A stretch of 64,000 nt of DNA from a virus, in IMG/VR virus record IMGVR_UViG_3300019888_000001, positions 18,111 to 82,110 of that record; one strand, given 5' to 3'. Both the position numbers and the translations under genes were made by a program. Shown here in pieces: positions 29,356 through 37,052 of this stretch; the first letter of the stretch is position 1, and each line of letters begins with the position of its first letter. Under the pieces are notes generated by a model, which made no database searches, had not been told where the DNA came from, and was given only the letters and a program-made list of their open reading frames with translations.

Positions 29356-30286
29356 ATGAAAATGAAAATGAACCAGAAACCCGAAGACCAGAAAAAACTT
29401 ACCCAACAACAAGCTGTAATTGAAGTCGCGGCTGTTTTGGGGAAGGCATCACTCCAACTTTACCGTAGTGGTTACAGCGCGCTTGCGATAGAATGTGAAA
29501 GCGCAATTCAAAAATTACGGGATTGCGAAATCCCGCAGAATTTATTTTTGGACCGGAGTTTACAGGAGCGATAATGCTATCCCTAAAAATTAGTCTTTTT
29601 TTAGAGAAGATTCACCCTTGGCTAAAGCGAAATGAGTGTGTTTGGCTGGCTGGCGTAGTTTTACAATGGCGGCTAAAACTTTGCGTATACAATCTTAATC
29701 TTATGCTGAAAGAATTACGTGAGCAACCCGCCCAAATAATCCGTTCGAACAACGGGTCCCAACATCAAAGAAGTCCTCTGATATGATAGTACCTCAGTCC
29801 CATAATGGTTAGCGGTTTCTCGCAATCCAAGAGAAAGATGAGAACAAAAGGTTACTTTTTTGAACCATTTAGCAACGTAATTTGCCGCCCGCGCATTATT
29901 ATAAATCGGCGTATGTTCTGTTGCGATGTAAGTTACGATACGAAATTTCATGTTAGCTTTTATAAAATGGAATTTGTTCGCAATTTTAAGCGCCCGAATG
30001 GGGAAATATATACAGGCTGGCAGAAGAAATTATGATATTACCCGATAGCAAAATAATGGTAAGCGGTTTCGCGTATGGCGTTCTAGACGGCAAGCGAGCA
30101 GACGCGGAAACAAAAGCCGAGACTACTCTGCGAATTTTAACCTTCCAAGACAAAGAAAGTGCGATGCAGTTTCAGTTCGCTTTTTCTGTTGACGAATATG
30201 AAAAGTTTCAGGAAGTTATACAAGATAAGAAAATTGTACCTGCGTCAATAATGCCGCCGGTACCAGCGAAAGGACGATCAGTATGA
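29356..30286 (+). CDS. Run of four small hypothetical ORFs
   Basis: Coupled plus-strand ORFs at 29356, 29574, 29805 and 30032. Confidence 0.5.
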
Positions 30287-30561
30287 ATAAAATAATCAGT
30301 ATGATAATGGCAGTAGCAATACTGCTCCCAGTCGGCGCGATGGCCGGCGGACGACACGAAGGCACTCATCATGGCTCACGCGGCGGGGAACGCCACGAAG
30401 GCGGCGAACGTCATGAAGGTTTTCGCGGTCATTTCCGTGGCGATCGCGGTCATTTCCGACATGGAGGCTTTATAGGCGAAATCATTATTCTCGATGATGG
30501 GTGCTGGACCTGGGATGGATTCCAGTGGGTTGCTTATGTAGACTGCGGCGATCTCGATTAA
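30283..30561 (+). CDS. Secreted His/Gly/Arg-rich small protein
   Basis: Signal peptide, RHEG/RGHF repeats, C-terminal CWTWDG..W...C. Confidence 0.7.
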   Translation: MNKIISMIMAVAILLPVGAMAGGRHEGTHHGSRGGERHEGGERHEGFRGHFRGDRGHFRHGGFIGEIIILDDGCWTWDGFQWVAYVDCGDLD

Positions 30562-30665
30562 TGTATAAAAAGAAAAAGTATTCGTTGCATCTGAAGAAAG
30601 CGCATGAAGTGAAAAGTGCGGCGGACGCTCATCTTGCTCTACAGAAACTCTGGGAGCATAATGCT

Positions 30666-30700
30666 TTGAGCACGCGGCATTCTCGTGTTACTATTCAACA
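30666..30700 (+). promoter_or_regulatory. Promoter of the tRNA, predicted +1 at tRNA nucleotide 1
   Basis: TTGAGC-N17-TACTAT-N5-A30700. Confidence 0.6.
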
Positions 30701-30780
30701 GCAGGATGGACAAGTTCGGTTTAAGTCGCCACGCTCATAACGTGGAGAATTCGTGGGTTCAAATCCCACTCCTGCAACCA
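30700..30780 (+). tRNA. tRNA-Met(CAU), initiator-like variant
   Basis: Acceptor GCAGGA/TCCTGC with A1:A72 mismatch, D stem GAC/GTC, anticodon arm CCACG-CTCATAA-CGTGG, T arm GTGGG-TTCAAAT-CCCAC, encoded CCA. Confidence 0.93.
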
Positions 30781-31077
30781 AATGAAATTTGACAAGGAAG
30801 GATGACGGCTTAGACTTAATTATGAAGACAATAAGATTAGTTGTTGCAACGGTTTTATGTTTGCTTAGCACAACCATGGTGGCATCTGCAGGCTTGATGA
30901 GCTGGATTTACAGCGCTTGCTGGAGTGCCGGATGGTGTGGTGTTAAATGGTAAATAGTTGTATGACACCAGAACAGTTTAAAGTCGTTTTAATGTTATTG
31001 GTTAACATTGAAATGCTGCTAGCTGGGTTACTCCTGGTAGGAATTTTGAAGGGTAGTCCACCTAAAACGCCCTTTAA

Positions 31078-31323
31078 ATGAGGTTTATAACCGCTACCAC
31101 CTACTCATCTTCTAATGGATATCTGGCTGAGCAGGGTCCACTACAGCATAATGTAGTAGGGCGCTGCGGAGTCTGTGGGAGAAATGTTATCTCGCCGCAG
31201 ATATGGGGCGGCTCTGCGCCAGTTTCGGAATGGTGCCAGAATTGTGGACGGACAGCAAAACCTATAGGAATTCAGTTTCCTCCGCTTCGAGATATGTTTG
31301 ACAAACCTGAAAAGCCCACTTAA
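31078..31323 (+). CDS. Small zinc-ribbon protein
   Basis: CGVCG...CQNCG. Confidence 0.6.
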   Translation: MRFITATTYSSSNGYLAEQGPLQHNVVGRCGVCGRNVISPQIWGGSAPVSEWCQNCGRTAKPIGIQFPPLRDMFDKPEKPT

Positions 31324-31331
31324 ACTACGAC

Positions 31332-31496
31332 ATGATAATCCTAAGTGCAGTCATAGTAGCAGTTATTGGGCTATTGATGTACGCGCTTTGTACTAACCCT
31401 AAACTCCAAGAAATCGGGCGAATCGCATTCTTTTGCGGATTGCTCGCAGCTTTACTTGGTGGCGGGGGAGCAGAGCTAGGCGCGCACATTCGATAA
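31332..31496 (+). CDS. Small two-TM membrane protein (54 aa)
   Basis: MIILSAVIVAVIGLLMYALCTNPKLQEIGRIAFFCGLLAAL; TTGACA-N17-TAAACT-N5-ATG promoter. Confidence 0.75.
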   Translation: MIILSAVIVAVIGLLMYALCTNPKLQEIGRIAFFCGLLAALLGGGGAELGAHIR

Positions 31497-31497
31497 C

Positions 31498-31869
31498 ATG
31501 GATGAAGTACAAAGAGTAACCGCAGGACCAGGTGCCGATCAACAGCGGCTTTTTCAAGTTTGTTCTAGCGGTGGGATTGACACTACGACTAGCGGCGCGC
31601 AAGCTATTCGAACTACTAATACTGGCCAAACTTTCTATATTACCGATATTTCTATTACTGCTGATTATGCAGGTAATGCCACAAAATTAATCCAACTTGA
31701 GATTTCTGGCGGGGTTATCGTGTTTGAAGCTTATGTAAGTACGACGGCGCCAATAGATATGCCAGGGCTTGAAACACAGATTCAAGTTCCAAGTAATAGT
31801 GTTCTCGCGATTAAGTGGGGCGCGCAGGCCGGGCACATTGCTTTCTTTATCTCAGGTTACGAAGATTAA
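31498..31869 (+). CDS. Beta-rich hypothetical protein, paralog of 12255-12683
   Basis: Shared TF.ITDI.IT and terminal F.I.G[FY]E motifs. Confidence 0.75.
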   Translation: MDEVQRVTAGPGADQQRLFQVCSSGGIDTTTSGAQAIRTTNTGQTFYITDISITADYAGNATKLIQLEISGGVIVFEAYVSTTAPIDMPGLETQIQVPSNSVLAIKWGAQAGHIAFFISGYED

Positions 31870-32159
31870 GGTTTTGTAGGTGTAGCGGCAGCTGCAGGAG
31901 TGTTAACCGAAGCGTTGAAATTTGGCGCTACGAGCGGTGGATACTGAATAGCCAGGCGATGTAACTCTCTTTCGAGTTTTGGTACATCTGCTTCCATTTT
32001 TGAAAAAGTTGCAAATAATGTATGAATTGATAGAAGCGCCCATGTGAGTAGGGTGCAAGCAAGACTTCCGAAAATTGTAGTAAGCACGCTGTTGACGTTT
32101 ATCTCCAAATCCCAGATCCTAAACAATCCGTGTTGAACTGCGTGTCGATGTCTAGGCAT
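31866..32159 (-). CDS. Membrane protein (one TM plus coiled coil)
   Basis: Coupled to the DUF3309-like gene. Confidence 0.6.
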   Translation of the reverse strand: MPRHRHAVQHGLFRIWDLEINVNSVLTTIFGSLACTLLTWALLSIHTLFATFSKMEADVPKLERELHRLAIQYPPLVAPNFNASVNTPAAAATPTKP

Positions 32160-32305
32160 TATAGCCTGCCTAACAAAAATAGAATTAGTATAATCACTAA
32201 AAGCAATCCTAGGATACCATGCGCGCCGTTACCAAATCCATATCCTCCTGTAGGAAAGGCCCCTACCAGTAATAGAATTATAAGAATGAGGAGAATGAGA
32301 CCCAT
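32159..32305 (-). CDS. DUF3309-like small membrane protein, second copy
   Basis: MGLILLILIILLLVGAFPTGGYGFGNGAHGILGLLLVIILILFLLGRL. Confidence 0.8.
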   Translation of the reverse strand: MGLILLILIILLLVGAFPTGGYGFGNGAHGILGLLLVIILILFLLGRL

Positions 32306-32400
32306 ATAAATAAAGGTCCGTCTTTTCAGAGTTTTGTCAATAAGTTCCTTCCCGCGGTCCTGGTTTCCCAAAATCGCGGAAGGATCTTTATCGTGAGCTG

Positions 32401-32703
32401 TTAGCTCGTTGTCGCGCCTGTAGGCCCGGTAGGCCCCGCGGGTAGCAACGCTGTTACGCTTTGAGTCGCGGCTTTTAAGTTCGCGAGTGCCGTATCGACC
32501 GCCGGGGTTGTTCCGCCGGCAGAGGCCAATGCAGCTTCGAGAGCTGTGACCCCAACACCAATTGCAGTTACTTGATCAGCCACTGCTTGAATGTCGAGAG
32601 CTTCTTGGGATTGCGTTTCCATAATGGTATGCTCCTGGGTTACGAGGCGTTCAAGAAGGTTTTCGATGGCCTTCAAGCGCGACTCTATGTTTCGTTTCGT
32701 CAT
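32401..32703 (-). CDS. Ala-rich coiled-coil protein with GPTGPTG tail
   Basis: 100-aa ATG ORF. Confidence 0.7.
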   Translation of the reverse strand: MTKRNIESRLKAIENLLERLVTQEHTIMETQSQEALDIQAVADQVTAIGVGVTALEAALASAGGTTPAVDTALANLKAATQSVTALLPAGPTGPTGATTS

Positions 32704-32804
32704 GTTCTAAGTTAATCGGGATCCGGCGTAAGCGCTAAGCTTTTATTTGTAAATAGTTTTTGTTAGACGTTTGACAATTCTTTCCTAACAAGACATTTTA
32801 GTTC

Positions 32805-32996
32805 ATGGCCGATCAGATTTCTCAACTTCGAGCAAAAGTCTCGCGAACGCTTGAAGCTAAGGTGATGGCCCGCGGTCGTTTGGTCCGAGCGGATCAAGAG
32901 TGGGCCCAAGCGGTTCGGGCGCTACAACGAGCGGAGCAGGCTGAAGCGCTGGCTCATGCTGAACGGACTCGGGTTTTGGTTCGGTCTGTGCTTTAA
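32805..32996 (+). CDS. Small helical protein
   Basis: TTGACA-N17-CATTTT-N5-ATG; overlaps the non-conserved tail of the HNH on the opposite strand. Confidence 0.55.
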   Translation: MADQISQLRAKVSRTLEAKVMARGRLVRADQEWAQAVRALQRAEQAEALAHAERTRVLVRSVL

Positions 32997-33429
32997 AAAA
33001 TTTTTCATGTTTGAGGCCAGTTGAAATATAGTATTCTTTATTTTCCGCTCGTTTTATCCAATTACAGTTTGAGCATAGACATTGAAAGTTGGCAGGGTTA
33101 TCGCGTACGTATCTATAGTATGCGTGGCGGCTTGGAAAGGTGGCGCGGTGTTTTCTACCTCCTCCATTTATGTGATCAATTTGAAGTGCACGAGTATCTA
33201 AAAAGCCGCATCGGGCACATTTATTGCCGAGAATGTTTAGAATTAGCACGCGCAAATTTTTGCGATAACGAGCGTCGTTTAGTCGGTGTTTTTCTGGATG
33301 CGCTTGGTTATAACGTTTATCGCAAGCTTTTTTCTTTGCTGTTTTGTTATATTTTTTGGTTCGGCGGATTTTTGAAGCGCGCCCGTTAGGAGTGCGGCTC
33401 CATATTTGATACTGGTTTCGGGTTTGCAT
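32857..33429 (-). CDS. HNH endonuclease
   Basis: LGNKCARCG...LQIDHINGGG...QCLCSNCN. Confidence 0.85.
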   Translation of the reverse strand: MQTRNQYQIWSRTPNGRASKIRRTKKYNKTAKKKACDKRYNQAHPEKHRLNDARYRKNLRVLILNILGNKCARCGFLDTRALQIDHINGGGRKHRATFPSRHAYYRYVRDNPANFQCLCSNCNWIKRAENKEYYISTGLKHEKFFKAQTEPKPESVQHEPALQPAPLVVAPEPLGPTLDPLGPNDRGPSP

Positions 33430-33654
33430 TTAAGATAAATTATAGTATAAAAGAAAGTTTTCAAGATATTTTGTCATCGTAGTGGCGTTTGTTTTTTCTG
33501 TGGCAATTGCTTGTCCGGTATGCACAAAATTTTTGTGACATCAAAAATTAATTTTTTCTTCGAGTTAAAAACCTTGTAACCTTCACGTACATAAGGGCTT
33601 ACACCCCACTAGGGGAGGCCATTGCACCAGGGGAACCCTGTCATTCTGAATGAA

Positions 33655-33749
33655 TGAAACAAAATTACATTGAAACAAAATTACATTGAAACAAAATCAT
33701 AGTGTTACCGTGTTACCGTGTTACCGTGTTACCGTGTTACCGTGTTACC
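33655..33749. repeat. Adjacent tandem repeats: 16-mer TGAAACAAAATTACAT x2.7 and 8-mer GTGTTACC x6
   Basis: Read directly at 33655-33697 and 33702-33749. Confidence 0.95.
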
Positions 33750-33782
33750 TTGCGGCACCGGGCGTAGCGTGGAAGGTTTTCG

Positions 33783-33870
33783 CAATTATGAGTCGCAGTG
33801 TTGCAATTTGTCCTGGATTCCATTGCACCGTTGTCTTGTTGCAGGGTTTCAGGGTTGCGACTCATAATTG
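33783..33870. repeat. Perfect 15-bp inverted repeat
   Basis: CAATTATGAGTCGCA (33783-33797) / TGCGACTCATAATTG (33856-33870). Confidence 0.92.
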
Positions 33871-33947
33871 AGATTGCTGAGGACTACCGTTTATCCAACA
33901 TCGAGGATAAAAAATAGTTACCTAAGAGAAATAGTGTTGATGAAGTG

Positions 33948-33964
33948 TTGGCACGAGCTTTGCT
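33948..33964 (+). promoter_or_regulatory. sigma54 (-24/-12) promoter
   Basis: TTGGCACGagctTTGCT matches TGGCACG-N4-TTGC; intergenic and facing the early operon. Confidence 0.75.
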
Positions 33965-33973
33965 AATGCCCTT

Positions 33974-34750
33974 GTTGCCTCGGATGAAATCCGGGCGACC
34001 AAAGCAGCGAAGCTACCTTAGGCAGTTTGATCGCAGTGCAGTAGCAGGTGCGATTGCCTATCGGAGTCTAAGTCGCAAGAGTAGCTGCCCACAGTCGCGC
34101 GAGTAGTAACTGAGGTCGCGGAGCAAAATCGTGGTGGCTTTGTCCAACACGCGGGCAAGCGGTGAAACGTTTGCGAGCGCAATCCTGCGCTTCTCTATTG
34201 TAGAGCAAGAGTCGAAGATACAATGCCGATTAACGGGCGCGCTTGCGTGCTTTACGGCTGAACATGACCTTGTAAAACTGCGATAAGAATCTACATGCGG
34301 CACGAAATGAGAGCGAGACCGCAAAAAGAACGTGCGAGGAAACTCAATATCTCGGCAAAGCTGGTAATGTCAGCAAACGCGAAAGCGGTCAAGTGACCGC
34401 TAAATCGTAGGGAAATTGGCGGCTAGTTGGACTGCAAACTATTAGAAAAGCCAGTCGAAACGAAACGTGGCGCACCTAAGGGCAATAAAAGGATTCGGCG
34501 CTAATTGCGCGGAGTCGAATAAGCTGTGAAGCTGCACAGTAACATCAAAACAAAGCGGCCACCCGGTAGGGATGGTGGATTTCTATTAGGCGTGACGCCT
34601 ATTAACTAAGCATCTCGCGCGGCCGCGATGGTCTGCGCTGAACTAGAGAAATCTGTTAGCGGGCGCACAAGGCGCGCCCGTTTGCACTCTCAATCTTACA
34701 CTTGCGCGCATGTGTGTGCGTTGCGAGGCAAAAACAAGTAAGGTTGAGAA
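33974..34750 (+). ncRNA. Candidate large structured RNA or leader (about 780 nt), family unknown
   Basis: No credible ORF; more than 15 consecutive helices, many needing G-U pairs on the plus strand, with purine-rich and GNRA loops. Confidence 0.65.
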
Positions 34751-34759
34751 AATCAAACT

Positions 34760-35209
34760 ATGGATAACCAATTAACAGTATTCGTGGAGCAAACGAACGC
34801 CCAGATTGCTATTTCCAAAGCTATCGGACTGCCTATCGAGGTAATCCGAAGCAATGGTTCTAAAGCAAACTTCAAGACGTTCGCAGACTCGCGCGGAGTA
34901 GTTATCGACAAAACGGATTCGGATTTTGACAAAGATGCCGCAAGGGCACTTCGCGCAGAATTTAATTCGTTAGTCGCGGAATATCACGCGAAAATTAAAC
35001 CAATCGCAGCGGGAATGCTCGCAGCGGACGGTTTCCGCGTGGCTTCATTGCAGCCTAAATACAACGCTAAATCGGGCGAGTATCAAGGCTGCAATATCGC
35101 AGTTCGACGTGAATTGAAGGGCGCGGCCCTTACACTTCGCGGCGAAAACGCGTTGCTCCGAAAGCAGCTTGCTGAACTGCAAGCCAAGCTATCAGCGTTA
35201 CCAGCCTAA
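34760..35209 (+). CDS. First early gene, hypothetical, with C-terminal coiled coil
   Basis: 149 aa, directly after the structured leader. Confidence 0.8.
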   Translation: MDNQLTVFVEQTNAQIAISKAIGLPIEVIRSNGSKANFKTFADSRGVVIDKTDSDFDKDAARALRAEFNSLVAEYHAKIKPIAAGMLAADGFRVASLQPKYNAKSGEYQGCNIAVRRELKGAALTLRGENALLRKQLAELQAKLSALPA

Positions 35210-35232
35210 CCAAAGCAGGCAATAGCCTACTT

Positions 35233-35279
35233 TGCGAAAAACTGCGCTCAATCTAGGTAGGTTGAGCGCAGACTTCGCA
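35233..35279 (+). promoter_or_regulatory. Intergenic long hairpin (processing or regulatory site)
   Basis: CTGCGCTCAATCT/AGGTTGAGCGCAG plus outer TGCGAA/TTCGCA; no U tract. Confidence 0.6.
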
Positions 35280-35285
35280 GATTTT

Positions 35286-35471
35286 ATGAGACATCACACG
35301 AAAAATGTCTCTCCGCGAAAAGAAAAACGGCATTTGCTTAATCAAATCGCAATTTGTCGAGCGTTAGCGGCGAGGCATCAAATGACACGATCAGAACGCT
35401 CTTGGATGAACGAGCGCCAACGTATCGTTTTTCAGATTAAGATTTTGAAAGGGCAACTAGCCCGAAGTTAA
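35286..35471 (+). CDS. Small basic hypothetical protein
   Basis: ATG just after the hairpin. Confidence 0.55.
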   Translation: MRHHTKNVSPRKEKRHLLNQIAICRALAARHQMTRSERSWMNERQRIVFQIKILKGQLARS

Positions 35472-35474
35472 TAG

Positions 35475-35725
35475 TCAGCGCATAGCCTGCGCTCGTTATG
35501 AACGGCGCGTAATACATATCCCGCCTGTGGTATGTTCAAGCGCGATTAACAGGCACAATTTTCATCGCCGAAACGGTTGGGTTAAAGTCCCACTCTACAG
35601 GCTTGGAAGATATCGAACACGACGCGAGAAATCTGTATTCGTGTGCTCCGGCAGCCCGATGATTATTTACACTACAACTGCGCTCGATCTGAGCGAATAG
35701 CCCGATAAAAACGCGCAGTCGGGCA
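35475..35725 (+). ncRNA. Second candidate structured RNA element
   Basis: ORF-free on the plus strand; stems AGCGCA/TGCGCT, ACATATC/GGTATGT, CACGA/TCGTG, GCCCGA/TCGGGC, ACTGCG/CGCAGT; contains the 24-mer complementary to 38421-38444. Confidence 0.5.
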
Positions 35726-35742
35726 CAATTTACGTTACATTT

Positions 35743-36066
35743 ATGCAAAAAAATAAGAGCGTTTACGTGATTCTGCTCAATTCAGCAGTCGCGGTGCACG
35801 CAAAACTGCGTAAACAGAATCCAAACCGCAATCCACAGAAACCTTGCGTTTATGTAGGAATTACGGGGCTTTCTGTCGAAGAAAGATTTGAGAATCATAA
35901 ACGCGGATATAAATCGTCGCGTTACGCTACGAAATATGCCGTCAGGCTGATGCCTGAATTATACGAGCATCTTAATCCATTGACTTACGACGAGGCGATG
36001 TGCGCAGAAATAACGTTAGCGGAAACCCTTCGTAATGAAGGATATACAGTGGCTGGTGGTCATTAA
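35743..36066 (+). CDS. Stand-alone GIY-YIG nuclease
   Basis: SVYVILL...VYVGITG...ERFENH...E. Confidence 0.85.
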   Translation: MQKNKSVYVILLNSAVAVHAKLRKQNPNRNPQKPCVYVGITGLSVEERFENHKRGYKSSRYATKYAVRLMPELYEHLNPLTYDEAMCAEITLAETLRNEGYTVAGGH

Positions 36067-36840
36067 TATGCAAATAGAAATCAGATCAATAAATGGACGT
36101 GTTATCAGAATCGAAGTAGCCAAAGATACTATTTCATCTGATGATTTGAAGAAACTGATGGATTGGAACAAACAAACTGAAAATCAAATATGACTGAAAC
36201 AGAGAAACAAAACAGCGTGAAACAGTGGGAACGGTTCGGGAACGAACCGGATTCCAAACGTCAAAAACGACTTGACATAATCGAAGCGTATAAAAACCGC
36301 TTCAAAACCGCAAACAGTCAACGCGGGAACTCCAAAAAGGCTAAATAAATGACAACTTACAACGCTACCTGCCAGTTACGTTACAAAACCTTACGCTGGT
36401 CAACTCACACTGTTTACCGCCTTCGTGCGAATACACCAAGCGAAGCATTAAAAATTGCCGATTTGAACGTTCGGCGAGATTTCGATAACCCAGATTTCCA
36501 GTTCAAAAATCTAACCGTAAAACCCGTAACATGTAACAAATAACCCTGATGCAGTGTTGCCAAACAGATTATTCAATGCAGCAGTGTGACGGCTCTGCTG
36601 CCTTGAGTAATTTATGAAAATAACATTAGAAGAATGTATCATGGTGGGCAATGCCGGGTGGGGAATACTCTTCCATTCATGGTTTTGCATGGTTGTTGCA
36701 GGAGTGATGGCGTTGCAGTTATCATACTACTCATTCAGGAAAAGGTTATGACTTTATGAGCAAAACTTCCATCTGGCTTATAGACATCGGCATAGCTATA
36801 TTTATCTGGCTTTTCGGATTCGCTATCGGCCATTACTTAA

Positions 36841-36911
36841 TATGAAATTATGAAATTATGAAATTATGAAATTATGAAATTATGAAATTATGAAATTATG
36901 AAATTATGAAA
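36841..36911 (+). repeat. Octamer TATGAAAT x8 plus partial copy
   Basis: Read directly; each unit spells ATG AAA TTA TGA. Confidence 0.95.
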
Positions 36912-37052
36912 AAACTAATACTGATAGCATTGCTAACCGCGCTTTCGGGCGTGATTGGATATCAAATCGGCATCGCAACCGCACCTACATATGACACAGT
37001 GCAGCTTGTGTTGCCGCCAACCCTACAACCACCATCACTCGAAAAATTATGA
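36906..37052 (+). CDS. Small membrane or secreted protein (48 aa)
   Basis: MKKLILIALLTALSGVIGYQIG...; starts at the last repeat unit. Confidence 0.6.
   Translation: MKKLILIALLTALSGVIGYQIGIATAPTYDTVQLVLPPTLQPPSLEKL

Noticed and set aside
33655-33749. CRISPR or TIGR-like array
   Set aside because: Units are directly tandem with no spacers; the same applies to 36841-36911.
33877-33935. Hammerhead ribozyme at CTGAGGA
   Set aside because: No stem II closed by GAAA and no matching stems I/III found.
33686-34324. ORFs 33686-33871 (+) and 34058-34324 (-)
   Set aside because: The first is a translated repeat; the second has a weak start and is antisense to the structured region.
33974-35725. Group I/II intron, tmRNA, RNase P or retron RNA
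   Set aside because: Diagnostic cores not found by eye; no interrupted gene and no reverse transcriptase. A covariance search is still needed.
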